DNA from: Candidatus Omnitrophota bacterium
Lineage (GTDB): Bacteria; Omnitrophota; Gorgyraeia; JAHJTE01
NCBI GenBank assembly: GCA_018830005.1
Contig: JAHJTE010000004.1
Span: forward strand, 16,792-80,791
Direction of reading: 5' to 3'
DNA length: 64,000 nucleotides
Shown: piece by piece, positions 9,876-19,100 of the stretch
Numbering within the stretch: the first letter of the stretch is position 1
Layout of the letters: each line of letters begins with the position of its first letter
The notes under the pieces: model-generated
What the model was told of the DNA's origin: nothing
Databases searched by the model: none
The model's input: only the letters and a program-made list of their open reading frames with translations
Made by a program: the position numbers and the translations under genes

Positions 9876-10615
9876 GTTGCTAGGCCTCCATCAACAATAA
9901 AAGTTTGGCCGGTTATGTAATCAGCTAAATCAGAAATTAAGAATTTGACTACTTTAGCTACCTCTTCAGGATTTCCAAACCTTCCTAAAGGAATTCGTTC
10001 TAGCTCCTTGTCTTTCATGGTTTCATTCAAACTAGACAACATATCCGTTTTGATAAACCCAGGAGCAACTGCATTTACCCTTATGTTGTAAGGTGCCACC
10101 TCTTGAGCCAATGCCTTTGTAAAGCCTAATATAGCAGCCTTAGCAGCCGAATAATTCGTCTGCTTTGCTATACCCCTAATACCGCTCACTGAACTTATAT
10201 TAACTATTACACCAGATTTTCTTTTTAAAAAATCCACTATAATTGAACGAGTAATATTAAAGACTCCTCCTAAATCAACCCTTATTACCTTTTGCCAATC
10301 TTCTTGCTCCATAAACGCCAAGGCCTTATCGTTAATGATACCGGCATTATTAACCAAGATATCTATGGAATCGAAATCTTTTTTAATGTCATCGACCCAT
10401 TTCTTAACACTCTGGAGGTCTTCGATGTTAACTTCGTATCCTTTTACCTTAACCTCATCTGATGATAACTCTATCTCAATCTCTTTAGCCAAATCTCTGC
10501 TTTTTAGATAGTTAAATGCTATGTTAACTCCCTCTCTGGCAAGTTCATTGACTATTGCTCTGCCAATGCCTCTCGTACCTCCAGTAACGATGGCTGTTTT
10601 ATTCTTACCCTTCAT
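9872..10615 (-). CDS. fabG: 3-oxoacyl-ACP reductase (SDR)
   Basis: TGGTRGIG, NNAG, YSAAK, VNAVAPGFI, VDGG. Confidence 0.93.
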   Translation of the reverse strand: MKGKNKTAIVTGGTRGIGRAIVNELAREGVNIAFNYLKSRDLAKEIEIELSSDEVKVKGYEVNIEDLQSVKKWVDDIKKDFDSIDILVNNAGIINDKALAFMEQEDWQKVIRVDLGGVFNITRSIIVDFLKRKSGVIVNISSVSGIRGIAKQTNYSAAKAAILGFTKALAQEVAPYNIRVNAVAPGFIKTDMLSSLNETMKDKELERIPLGRFGNPEEVAKVVKFLISDLADYITGQTFIVDGGLAT

Positions 10616-10797
10616 TTTATGACTCCTCGCATTTTTTTGTTAATCCACTCATCAAGAAATCGTTTTGAAAAGCGCCAGTCGCCCCCTAATTTAAATGCCG
10701 GGATTCTACGCTCCCGGGCATACTTCTTTACAGTAAAAGGGTGAAGCTTTAAAATTCTAGCTACTTCCTTTGTGGTTAATATATCACTATCTATCAT
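10612..10797 (-). CDS. Xis/BldC-like (HTH_17) small DNA-binding protein
   Basis: 61 aa LTTKEVARILKLHPFTVKKYARERRIPAFKLGGDWRF...LDEWI; ATGA overlap with fabG. Confidence 0.88.
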   Translation of the reverse strand: MIDSDILTTKEVARILKLHPFTVKKYARERRIPAFKLGGDWRFSKRFLDEWINKKMRGVIK

Positions 10798-10830
10798 TTT
10801 GCAATTGATGAAAAAACATGCTAAATATTA

Positions 10831-10910
10831 ACTATTGTCAATCGTTGCTATTCGTTGTTTTACGGAATTATTAATATAGCATTGTTGTTAAATGTTGTCA
10901 AGCGTTATTT
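10831..10910. repeat. two triplets of imperfect direct repeats in exact 10-bp phase
   Basis: actattgtca/atcgttgcta/ttcgttgttt ... attgttgtta/aatgttgtca/agcgttattt (core RTTR at the same phase). Confidence 0.65.
10873..10901 (-). promoter_or_regulatory. sigma70 promoter of the FAS/PKS operon
   Basis: Minus strand TTGACA (10901-10896), 17-nt spacer, TATATT (10878-10873) with extended TGn. Confidence 0.75.
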
Positions 10911-11016
10911 TATGGAGACATAGATAGTCATGGGTAAGATGATATAGATTATCCTAGATTAAGAATTAGAGAGGTCTGAAGGATTGGCAGGAAATTAGAA
11001 GGTTAAAGACGTGGCT

Positions 11017-11250
11017 TTACTCCTTAATCTCAGCAAGGGCATCGCCGACATTAACAGTATCGCCTTCTTGAACTAAGATTTTCGAAAGTGTACCGCTGGC
11101 AGAAGAAGGAACATTAAACGTTGCCTTATCTGTTGCTGCTTCAACTAAGTCCTCTCCTTCTTTAACTGCCTCACCTTCTTTAATATGCCAGAAGGTTACT
11201 ATTGCCTTGGTAATACCTTCACCCAGTTCTGGTAAGATTACTTGTTTCAT
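11017..11250 (-). CDS. stand-alone lipoyl-carrier domain protein
   Basis: 77 aa, LPELGEG...EAATDKATFNVPS with lipoyl-Lys (DKA); RBS AAAGGAG. Confidence 0.9.
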   Translation of the reverse strand: MKQVILPELGEGITKAIVTFWHIKEGEAVKEGEDLVEAATDKATFNVPSSASGTLSKILVQEGDTVNVGDALAEIKE

Positions 11251-11947
11251 TCTTTACTCCTTTATTTCTTTCTGTTTTGATATTTAAATTAAAAACTTTA
11301 CAAAAATTATCCATTAGTTTATGTTTAAATACGTTGAAATCAACACTATATCCTAACTCTTTAGCCACTGAAGTCATTTCAACATCCATTCCACAAGGCC
11401 GAATATAGGAAAATATCTTTAGATTATTATTTACATTAATAGTTAAGCCGTGATATGTAATCCAATGACTAATGCCGATGCCGATAGAGGCAATCTTTTT
11501 ACTTCCAGCCCATACGCCTCTTTTATCCTGCACAACGTGTGCCCTTAGGCTAAATTCCCTAAGCGTATTGAGTATAACATGTTGAAGATTATTTAAAAAA
11601 ACATGGATGTCCTGGTGTTTTCTCATCTTTAAATCAAAAACAGGATATATCGTCAACTGCCCTAATTCATGAGCCGTAATATCTCCCCCGCGATCAATCT
11701 TAAAAAAATCAACGCCCTTTGCATTTAAGCTATTTGGATCACACAAGAGGTTATTGATATTTCCAGATCTTCCAAGGGTAATAACAGGAAAATGTTCACA
11801 GATAATCAAGGCCTCGTTAGATAATCCAAGCTTTAATTCCTCAAGGGACCTTTTTTGTAAATGGTAGGCTTTTTTATAGGAAATCTTTCCAAGATCGATT
11901 ATATCACAGTCAAATGTCATTTTTTCTGTGGCTTGCTTCGAGTGCAC
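11219..11947 (-). CDS. lipB: octanoyltransferase (lipoate biosynthesis); true start may be ATG at 11920
   Basis: EHFPVITLGR, DRGGDITAH, KIASIG, YHGL, IRPCG. Confidence 0.92.
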   Translation of the reverse strand: MHSKQATEKMTFDCDIIDLGKISYKKAYHLQKRSLEELKLGLSNEALIICEHFPVITLGRSGNINNLLCDPNSLNAKGVDFFKIDRGGDITAHELGQLTIYPVFDLKMRKHQDIHVFLNNLQHVILNTLREFSLRAHVVQDKRGVWAGSKKIASIGIGISHWITYHGLTINVNNNLKIFSYIRPCGMDVEMTSVAKELGYSVDFNVFKHKLMDNFCKVFNLNIKTERNKGVKNETSNLTRTG

Positions 11948-12867
11948 TAATGCGGTAATTTTTTGGTAAGCTCCTTGATTGTCTGCGCAGTAAGCCTTAA
12001 TGTTTCCTCTTCTTCTTTATTTAAAGCTAGGGTGATTATTTCCTCGATACCTGATTTTCCTATCTTTGCAGGTACACCCAAACAGATATCAGAGATGCCG
12101 TATTCACCTTTAAGATATGCGGCTGCACAAATAATCTTTTTTTCATCTTTAGCAATTGCTTTAACAATTTCAAATATAGCTGCCGAAGGCGCAAAATAGG
12201 CACTGCCGCTACCATAAAGAGAGACAATCTCTGCGCCTCTTTCAACTGTCAAGTCAGATATTGTTTTAATCTCTTCTTTTGTTGCAGACTCTGCCAAAGA
12301 CACATCTTTAACATAAGTCAACCTATCCAACGGCAGCATACCTCTTCCGTGGCTGGCGATGACCTGGGCATTAATGTCATTAATATTCTTATCAAACTTT
12401 GAAGCTATTAAGTTCGCAAAACGGGCTGAATCCAAACTATTTCCCATTCCGATTAATCGCTTTGAGTCAATCTGGGTGAGTTTTTTAAAATAATAAACCA
12501 TTAAATCCAATGGATTTGTAACTATAATTACGATTGCATCTTTAAGCTTAGATTTTATTTTTGTCGCAATCTCTTTAATTAAATTAGCGTTTTTGGCTAT
12601 CAGGTCTTCCCTGCTCATGCCAGCTCGACGAGGAAAACCTGCGGTAATAACGATAATTTCACTTTTTTCTACTTGATTGATATCAGATGTGGCAATGATT
12701 TTTTGGGGGGATTTGGAAAAATAAAGACTATCGGAAATATCTGCGGCCTTGGCCTTGGCAATATCCTCTTTAATATCAATTAGGGTTACATCTGCCAGGT
12801 GAGAATCTATAATGCGGCTTGCAAGCAGTCCCCCGACATTACCAGCGCCAATTATGCTAACTTTCAT
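11947..12867 (-). CDS. mdh: malate dehydrogenase (LDH-like family)
   Basis: GAGNVG; ITAGFPRRAGMSREDL (MDH-type Arg loop); LDSARF; GSAYFAP. Confidence 0.9.
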   Translation of the reverse strand: MKVSIIGAGNVGGLLASRIIDSHLADVTLIDIKEDIAKAKAADISDSLYFSKSPQKIIATSDINQVEKSEIIVITAGFPRRAGMSREDLIAKNANLIKEIATKIKSKLKDAIVIIVTNPLDLMVYYFKKLTQIDSKRLIGMGNSLDSARFANLIASKFDKNINDINAQVIASHGRGMLPLDRLTYVKDVSLAESATKEEIKTISDLTVERGAEIVSLYGSGSAYFAPSAAIFEIVKAIAKDEKKIICAAAYLKGEYGISDICLGVPAKIGKSGIEEIITLALNKEEEETLRLTAQTIKELTKKLPH

Positions 12868-12869
12868 TT

Positions 12870-13952
12870 TTATAATTCCTTGATAATCGCCTCGGCCATC
12901 TCGCTGGTGCCTACTGCAGTGGGATCATTGCGGTCAGGCTTCAAATCATAGGTTACAGACTTACCTTCTTTTACTACCTTGATTAATGCATTCTTTAATC
13001 GTTGACTTGCTTGTTTTTCATTTAGATAATCTAGCATCATTACTGCAGATAGTATTGTTGCCGCAGGATTTACCTTGTTCTTCCCAGTATACTTCGGAGC
13101 TGCGCCGTGAACAGGTTCAAATAACGCTAATTCATCTCCAATATTTGCACCCGGGGCCACCCCTAAACCTCCTACTAAGCCAGCGCAAAGATCAGAGATT
13201 ATATCTCCATAAAGATTAGGCAGTGCCAAGCAATCAAAATTCGTGGGCCGAAGCACAAGCTGCATTGATAAATTATCTACTATGGTCTCCTCAAAATCAA
13301 TTTTCCCTTTGTATTTAGAAGCGATCTGGCGGCCGCATTCCAGAAACAATCCATCAGAATACTTCATAATATTGGCTTTATGAACTGCTGTAATTTTTTT
13401 CCTTTTATGTGCAATTGCATATTCAAAGGCAAAGGTAAATAATCTTTTTGAAGCTGATTCAGAAATTGGCTTTAGAGAAATCGCAGAATCAGACTTTATA
13501 TCCCTGCCAGTTGTCTTTTTCGTAAGATTGATAAGCCCTTTTACCTCTTTTGAGCCTTTCTCAAATTCAATTCCGGCATATAGATCTTCTGTATTCTCCC
13601 TGAATATTAATATATCAATGTCAGGATTAATGCTTCTTATTCCAGGATATGCCTTGGCAGGACGCAGGCAGACAAACAAATCCAGTTTTTGACGCAACTG
13701 AACATTAACAGAACGATATCCGCCTGCAACTGGAGTGATAATCGGCCCTTTAAGGGCAACTTTGTTCTTTCTGATGGAATCTAGAACCTCTTGAGGTAGA
13801 ATCTCGCCCTTCTCTTTTAAGGTAACGCTGCCGGCATTCTTTATTTCCCAATCTATCTTTACACCGGTTGCATCCACGCATTTTCTCGCAGCAGCGGCAA
13901 CTTCAGGTCCAATGCCATCACCAGGAATTAAGGTAACTTTGTGTGTACTCAT
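12870..13952 (-). CDS. icd: isocitrate dehydrogenase, probably NADP-dependent
   Basis: GDGIGPE; TPVAGGYRSVNV (IDH-type Ser/Asn); HKANIMK; HGAAPKY and VTYD (NADP-type residues). Confidence 0.8.
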   Translation of the reverse strand: MSTHKVTLIPGDGIGPEVAAAARKCVDATGVKIDWEIKNAGSVTLKEKGEILPQEVLDSIRKNKVALKGPIITPVAGGYRSVNVQLRQKLDLFVCLRPAKAYPGIRSINPDIDILIFRENTEDLYAGIEFEKGSKEVKGLINLTKKTTGRDIKSDSAISLKPISESASKRLFTFAFEYAIAHKRKKITAVHKANIMKYSDGLFLECGRQIASKYKGKIDFEETIVDNLSMQLVLRPTNFDCLALPNLYGDIISDLCAGLVGGLGVAPGANIGDELALFEPVHGAAPKYTGKNKVNPAATILSAVMMLDYLNEKQASQRLKNALIKVVKEGKSVTYDLKPDRNDPTAVGTSEMAEAIIKEL

Positions 13953-14452
13953 TTTAATTTTATTGTCCCGTACTTTTTGAAATGGTTGACTATTCCTCCA
14001 TCTGCAATTAGTCTCTGCATAAATGCAGGAAGAGGCCTAATGTTTATTATAGACTCTGTCTTAATATTGCGAATAACGCCTTTATCAAAGTCCAATTGCA
14101 ACTGATCATTATCCTTAATTGCCGAGGTATCAGCCTCAATTAAAGGCAAGCCAATATTAAAAGAATTTCGATAGAAAATTCTTGCAAAATTCTTAGCAAT
14201 AAGGGCAATAACGCCAGCTTCTTTAATAACTAAAGGGGCCTGTTCCCGAGAAGAGCCCATACCAAAGTTCTCACCCGCAACCAGGATTGTTGAACCTGGG
14301 GTTATCTTATTTATAAAATCAGGATCAAGGTCTTCCATTAAATGCTGTGAAAGTTTCTTTATATCTGTAATTTGAAATTTGTATCTTCCAGATATAATCG
14401 TATCCGTGTTGATATTATCACCTAATTTAATTACTTTTCCGACTAGTTTCAT
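13949..14452 (-). CDS. leuD: LeuD/HacB-type dehydratase small subunit
   Basis: [29 protein letters not shown]; substrate uncertain. Confidence 0.85.
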   Translation of the reverse strand: MKLVGKVIKLGDNINTDTIISGRYKFQITDIKKLSQHLMEDLDPDFINKITPGSTILVAGENFGMGSSREQAPLVIKEAGVIALIAKNFARIFYRNSFNIGLPLIEADTSAIKDNDQLQLDFDKGVIRNIKTESIINIRPLPAFMQRLIADGGIVNHFKKYGTIKLK

Positions 14453-14460
14453 CAGAGATA

Positions 14461-15507
14461 TTATAGGCTCTTAAATTCAGCTGGATTTTTTACCTTACTT
14501 AGAGCAACCTCTTCTGTGATCAAACCCTGGGTATATAATTCCTTCAATGATGTTTCCATCAATTTCATTCCGAATTGTTTTCCTGTCTGCATTAATGTCG
14601 GGATCTGCTCAATCTCTTGTTCTCTAATCAGGTTTCGTATTCCAGGTGTGCCGACCATAATCTCAGTTGCTGCTACTCTTCCCTGACCAGTCGCACGCGA
14701 CAGGAGCAGCTGTGAGACAACACCTTGCAAGCAGTCAGCCAACTGCAATTTGACCTGTTGCTGCTGATGTGGAGGAAAAACATCAATGATTCTTTCGATT
14801 GTCTGAGGCGCATCAGGAGTATGCAATGTTGTTAAAACCAAATGACCTGTTTCTGCAGCAGTTAGGGCTGTGGAAATTGTTTCAAGATCCCTCATCTCCC
14901 CTACCACAATAACGTCAGGATCTTGACGCAAGGAGTGCTTTAGCGCCTCTGAGAACGAATGGGTATCAGCAAAGACCTCACGTTGTTTAATAACACTTTT
15001 CTTGTTATGATGTATATATTCAATTGGGTCTTCAATAGAAATTATCATATCCTGCCTTTCTTCGTTTATCAAATCCACCATTGCCGCCAGGGTTGTGGTC
15101 TTACCTACACCCGTAGGGCCAGTAATCAAAACTAGACCGTTTGGCCTTCTTGCTAAGGCAGCAAGTATCTTAGGTAGACCCAATTCTTCCAGCGTGGGAA
15201 TCAATAAAGGTATTCTTCTAAAGGCGGCCTCAACCGCACCCTTTTGAACATGGACATTAACTCGGAAACGATCGATGCCAGGTAAGGATAGAGATAAATC
15301 TAGTTCCCATTGCTTTTCAAATTTTTCTTTTTGTGCATCATTTAAGATGCTGTAGATCATTTTCTTTAATTTCTCTCGGTTTAGTTCTTCACGCTTAGTA
15401 TAGATTAACTTTCCATCAATACGCAAAATTGGAGGCATATTCTCTGTTAAGTGCAAATCAGAGGCCTTGCTTTTGATTGTTAGCATTAGAAGTTCTCTTA
15501 AGTCCAT
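14461..15507 (-). CDS. pilT: type IV pilus retraction ATPase PilT/PilU family
   Basis: ASDLHL, GPTGVGKTT, EDPIE, LRQDPDVIVVGEMRD, TGHLVLTTLH, GIRNLIRE. Confidence 0.93.
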   Translation of the reverse strand: MDLRELLMLTIKSKASDLHLTENMPPILRIDGKLIYTKREELNREKLKKMIYSILNDAQKEKFEKQWELDLSLSLPGIDRFRVNVHVQKGAVEAAFRRIPLLIPTLEELGLPKILAALARRPNGLVLITGPTGVGKTTTLAAMVDLINEERQDMIISIEDPIEYIHHNKKSVIKQREVFADTHSFSEALKHSLRQDPDVIVVGEMRDLETISTALTAAETGHLVLTTLHTPDAPQTIERIIDVFPPHQQQQVKLQLADCLQGVVSQLLLSRATGQGRVAATEIMVGTPGIRNLIREQEIEQIPTLMQTGKQFGMKLMETSLKELYTQGLITEEVALSKVKNPAEFKSL

Positions 15508-15550
15508 AATCTTCTCCTTTTAATTTTTTAATGACAACTAAATGTATATT

Positions 15551-15559
15551 ATTATACCA
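15551..15559 (-). promoter_or_regulatory. extended -10 promoter upstream of pilT
   Basis: Minus strand TGGTATAAT (TGn+TATAAT); no good -35; RBS AAGGAG before pilT. Confidence 0.5.
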
Positions 15560-15687
15560 TTTTTATCTGAAAAACATATTCCCTATCAAGTTTAACAGCG
15601 ATAGCCTTATAGAGAACAAAATCATAAAACAAAAACGCCTTAATCTAATTATCCTTAAAGATGAAGGATTACTTCACTTACAAAAAA

Positions 15688-16125
15688 TTATTTGATAGCT
15701 CTGTTTGCTTGTCTCTTGATCCAATCTTTTACTTCTGCTTTATTTAAATAATAAAAGGAATACATACTCGCTACCATTAAAACTATATTAAATGCTATTG
15801 GACTATTAAAACCTAATGTTGCTGAAATAGTTATTATACTAAGTAGTCCATAAAATATATATGTTACAGACAAAATTAATAGTAATTTTCTTGCCCACTC
15901 TTTAATTCGTAGCAGCCCTCTTGCAGATACTAAAGTAGCAATACTTAAAATTCCCAAAGGTAAAACTCCTGAAATAAAAGCTGTAATCCTATATTGCAAA
16001 TCATGTTTATTGATAATTGTCCAAATGGTCATCGGTAGTGTCAATAGATATAAAATAGCAATTATTGAATAAAAGGTAGAAATAAATGAAATTGCCTTCG
16101 GTATCACTGATTCTTTGTACAACAT
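15688..16125 (-). CDS. hypothetical 4-TM membrane protein, putative RHS immunity protein
   Basis: 145 aa, four hydrophobic segments, RBS AAGGAGG, 14 bp after the RHS stop; function inferred from position only. Confidence 0.6.
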   Translation of the reverse strand: MLYKESVIPKAISFISTFYSIIAILYLLTLPMTIWTIINKHDLQYRITAFISGVLPLGILSIATLVSARGLLRIKEWARKLLLILSVTYIFYGLLSIITISATLGFNSPIAFNIVLMVASMYSFYYLNKAEVKDWIKRQANRAIK

Positions 16126-16139
16126 AAACCCCTCCTTAT

Positions 16140-19100
16140 TTATTTTATTTCAGGATAAAAAGTTGCTTTACCCACGGCTCGTAAATAATCAATTAAATTC
16201 CAGCCCATATAATTCACTGTATGAGCAGAATATTTAATCGTATACACTGTAGATTCTTCGACAGCTGCCTCGGCTAACTTAGCGGTTGCATGTGCGCCAA
16301 GATAAGGACTCTGCGATACTATCTGCCAATATACAAAGTTCTTCGTCATATTATCGCGAAATTCATAGTAGGCATTAGTTAATCCTTGAATATAAAATTT
16401 ATAATGAGGGTAGTTATATTGCCAGTAATAATATGAAAATCTGTCCAGCCATGATCTCTGTCTATAAAATCCAAATGGGTCAATAAAATTTATAGGATTA
16501 TTGGATACGCAAGGATATAAATTTAATGTCTGTGGAGATATCATTATACCACTTACTGGATCCTCCTGTAGGAATCTCCCGATAGCTGCATCATAATACC
16601 TTGCCCGGTAGTAATAGAGTCCACTTTCAAGATCAAGCTCTCTCCCTGTATACGTGTAAGGATTTATCAAAGAGCCAGTCTTAGCCTTGATATTTCCAAA
16701 AGAATCATAAAGATATGTCGGGACCACTATACCTGTACTATCAGTAAGCTCAGTAATTGACCCTAGACCATCTACATGGTACCAATAAACCCCTCCTCCT
16801 CTTTCCACCCTCAAAGGCTCATCAATACCTGGACCATGGAGGTATTTGGCTCGGAGAGTATTGATTCCATCGTATTCTGCAATAATGTCTTCATTATCAT
16901 AGACGTATCTAGTAATAGTGCCATTGACATTCTTCTCGATTCTTCTGCCTAAGCCGTCATAGGTATATTGAGCAGATGTTAGGTTTGGAAAATTTATCCT
17001 AATCAACTGATTTTCAAGGTTGTAAGTATATGTTGTTATCTGTAAGGTAGATTTGTTAGTTTTAGAAGTTAGGTTTCCATTATCATCATAACTATAAGTA
17101 TATTCATCATCTTCTAAGAGTCTGTTGGCATCATCGTAGGTATAATTTGTTGGATTACGGTTGCCTACTGAGTCATAGGCATAGTTTTCAGCTGGATTCT
17201 CAGGTTGAGGATGACTAGCATTAGTTAAGCGATAAATGTCATCATAGGTGTAGTTGTGAGTGCCATCACTATCAGTCATGGTTAATCTATTGCCAGCATT
17301 ATCATAAGTATAAGAGTAAGAATCTAAAGAAACTAACCTACTTGCTAAATCATAGGCGTAGCTGGAGGTTGTTCCATTAGCCAAGTTTAAACCTGTTCTT
17401 CTAGAAAGTTCATCATAGTTAAAATGAGCCAGGTTTTGATCTAAAGCATCAGTGATGTCAATGAGGCGGTTGAGTGAATCATAGACGTATTTTGTAACAA
17501 TGTATTCAGGATCAGTTAAGGTTAAGCGATTGGAATTCTTGTCATAGGTGTAGGATATGATTGTTCCTGGTTGATGACCTAAATCAAGCGTAGTTGATGT
17601 TTCTATTCTTGAGGCCAAGTCATAGATCATGCTTAGTGATGAATCAGGCGTAGTTACTGAGGTAAGGTTGTTTACAGAGTCATAGTCATATGTTACGTTC
17701 AAACCTGATCCAGATTTATTACTAAGGCGATTTATATCATCGTAGCTGAAGGTTATTGTATCAGCATTAAAGTCTGCGGTGGTTTCAAGATTGCGATTTA
17801 AATCATAGGAAAACGTTTTAGTGTTACCAAGGGGATTAGTTATTGTCTTAAGCTGGTTAATTTCATCATAGGTAAAGTTTGTTTCATTTAAATTGGCGTC
17901 AATTATCTTCTTGAGGTTTCCGGCCTCGTCGTATTGGTACTGGGTGATGTTTGTTTCTGGGTCTGTTACCTTGGTTAGGCGGTTTATATCATCATATTCA
18001 AAGGTTGTAGTGTTGTTTTCGGCATCTTGAATAGTAAGGATATTGCCAGCACTATCATAAGTAAAGGTTGTAGTATTGCCCTCTGGGTCAGTGGTAGTCT
18101 TCAAATTGTAAGTATCAGTATAATAGGTAAAGATAGTTTGATTCTCTACTGCAGTACCAAAACCAGAAATAATCTTAGTTACTAATCCCCTACTATTATA
18201 TTCCATCTTAGTAATATTTCCTTGAGCATCCGTAATCTGAATAGGGTTACCATTTTCATCATAATCAATATTTGTAGTGTTGTTTTCTGGGTCTGTGATG
18301 GATGTTATCTGATTAAAGTCTGGCTCATAGCTGAAGGCGGTGGTAGCTGATATGGAGTCTTCAGTTGAAGTCAAGAGATTGCCTTTCCAATCGTAGGTCA
18401 TTATAACAGTGGAACTATTAGGTCTAGTGATCTTTGTGGGATTATCGTTTACATCTCGCGCTATAATTGTAGTTTGATTTAGGGCATCTGTAATCTGGCT
18501 ATATGCGCCGAATTTAGAGGTTTGAGAGGTTGTAGAATAATTTTTGCCGTCAATTATAGTCTCAACTATATCATCAGGCCTTACAACTGGAGCTGGATTA
18601 TCAGGAGTACCTACACCAGGCGCTAGATCATTGATTAGGCCCTGAACATCCGACGGAAAGAATTGAATTATCTCTTGAGGTGTATTTGGGAAAAGCATAC
18701 GCGTTACTCTTCCATAGCTATCATACTCATACTGCGTTGTAAATAAACGTTCATTAGTTTCAGAGGTTAAAAGGTGATTAGTATAACTAAATGTTTTAGT
18801 CGTACTATCAGGGTTAGAAATTTGAACTAAGTCGTTATTTTCATCAATAATAAACTGAGCGATTCTTCCTGCAGGGTCAGTTATGGATTTGAATTTCCCT
18901 TCAGCTGAATAGATAAACTGATAGGTGTCACCTGTAGGAAGAACAATCTTGCTTAATTCCTCCTCTTTACCATCAGAGTTTGCGTCTATGTAGAGATAGG
19001 CCGTACTATTTCCATTGCGGTCAACTATAGAAGTCTGCAAACCATGGGCATTAAAGTTGATTTGGGTACCATCTTTTAATTTACGTCTGTAAGTACCGTC

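Noticed and set aside
2400-10615. Calling the cluster ladderane or aryl-polyene biosynthesis
   Set aside because: No radical-SAM or methyltransferase genes, and none of the aryl-polyene ligase, acyltransferase or glycosyltransferase genes, in the window; the resemblance is only partial
10612-10797. Excisionase indicating a prophage or ICE
   Set aside because: No integrase, phage or conjugation genes in the window; the gene is coupled to fabG, so a regulator role fits better
10813-10841. Second TTGACA as another promoter
   Set aside because: No acceptable -10 at 17-nt spacing (TGTTTT); better explained as one of the phased repeats
12870-13952. leuB (isopropylmalate dehydrogenase), suggested by adjacency to leuD
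   Set aside because: Substrate loop and coenzyme residues are of the isocitrate dehydrogenase type
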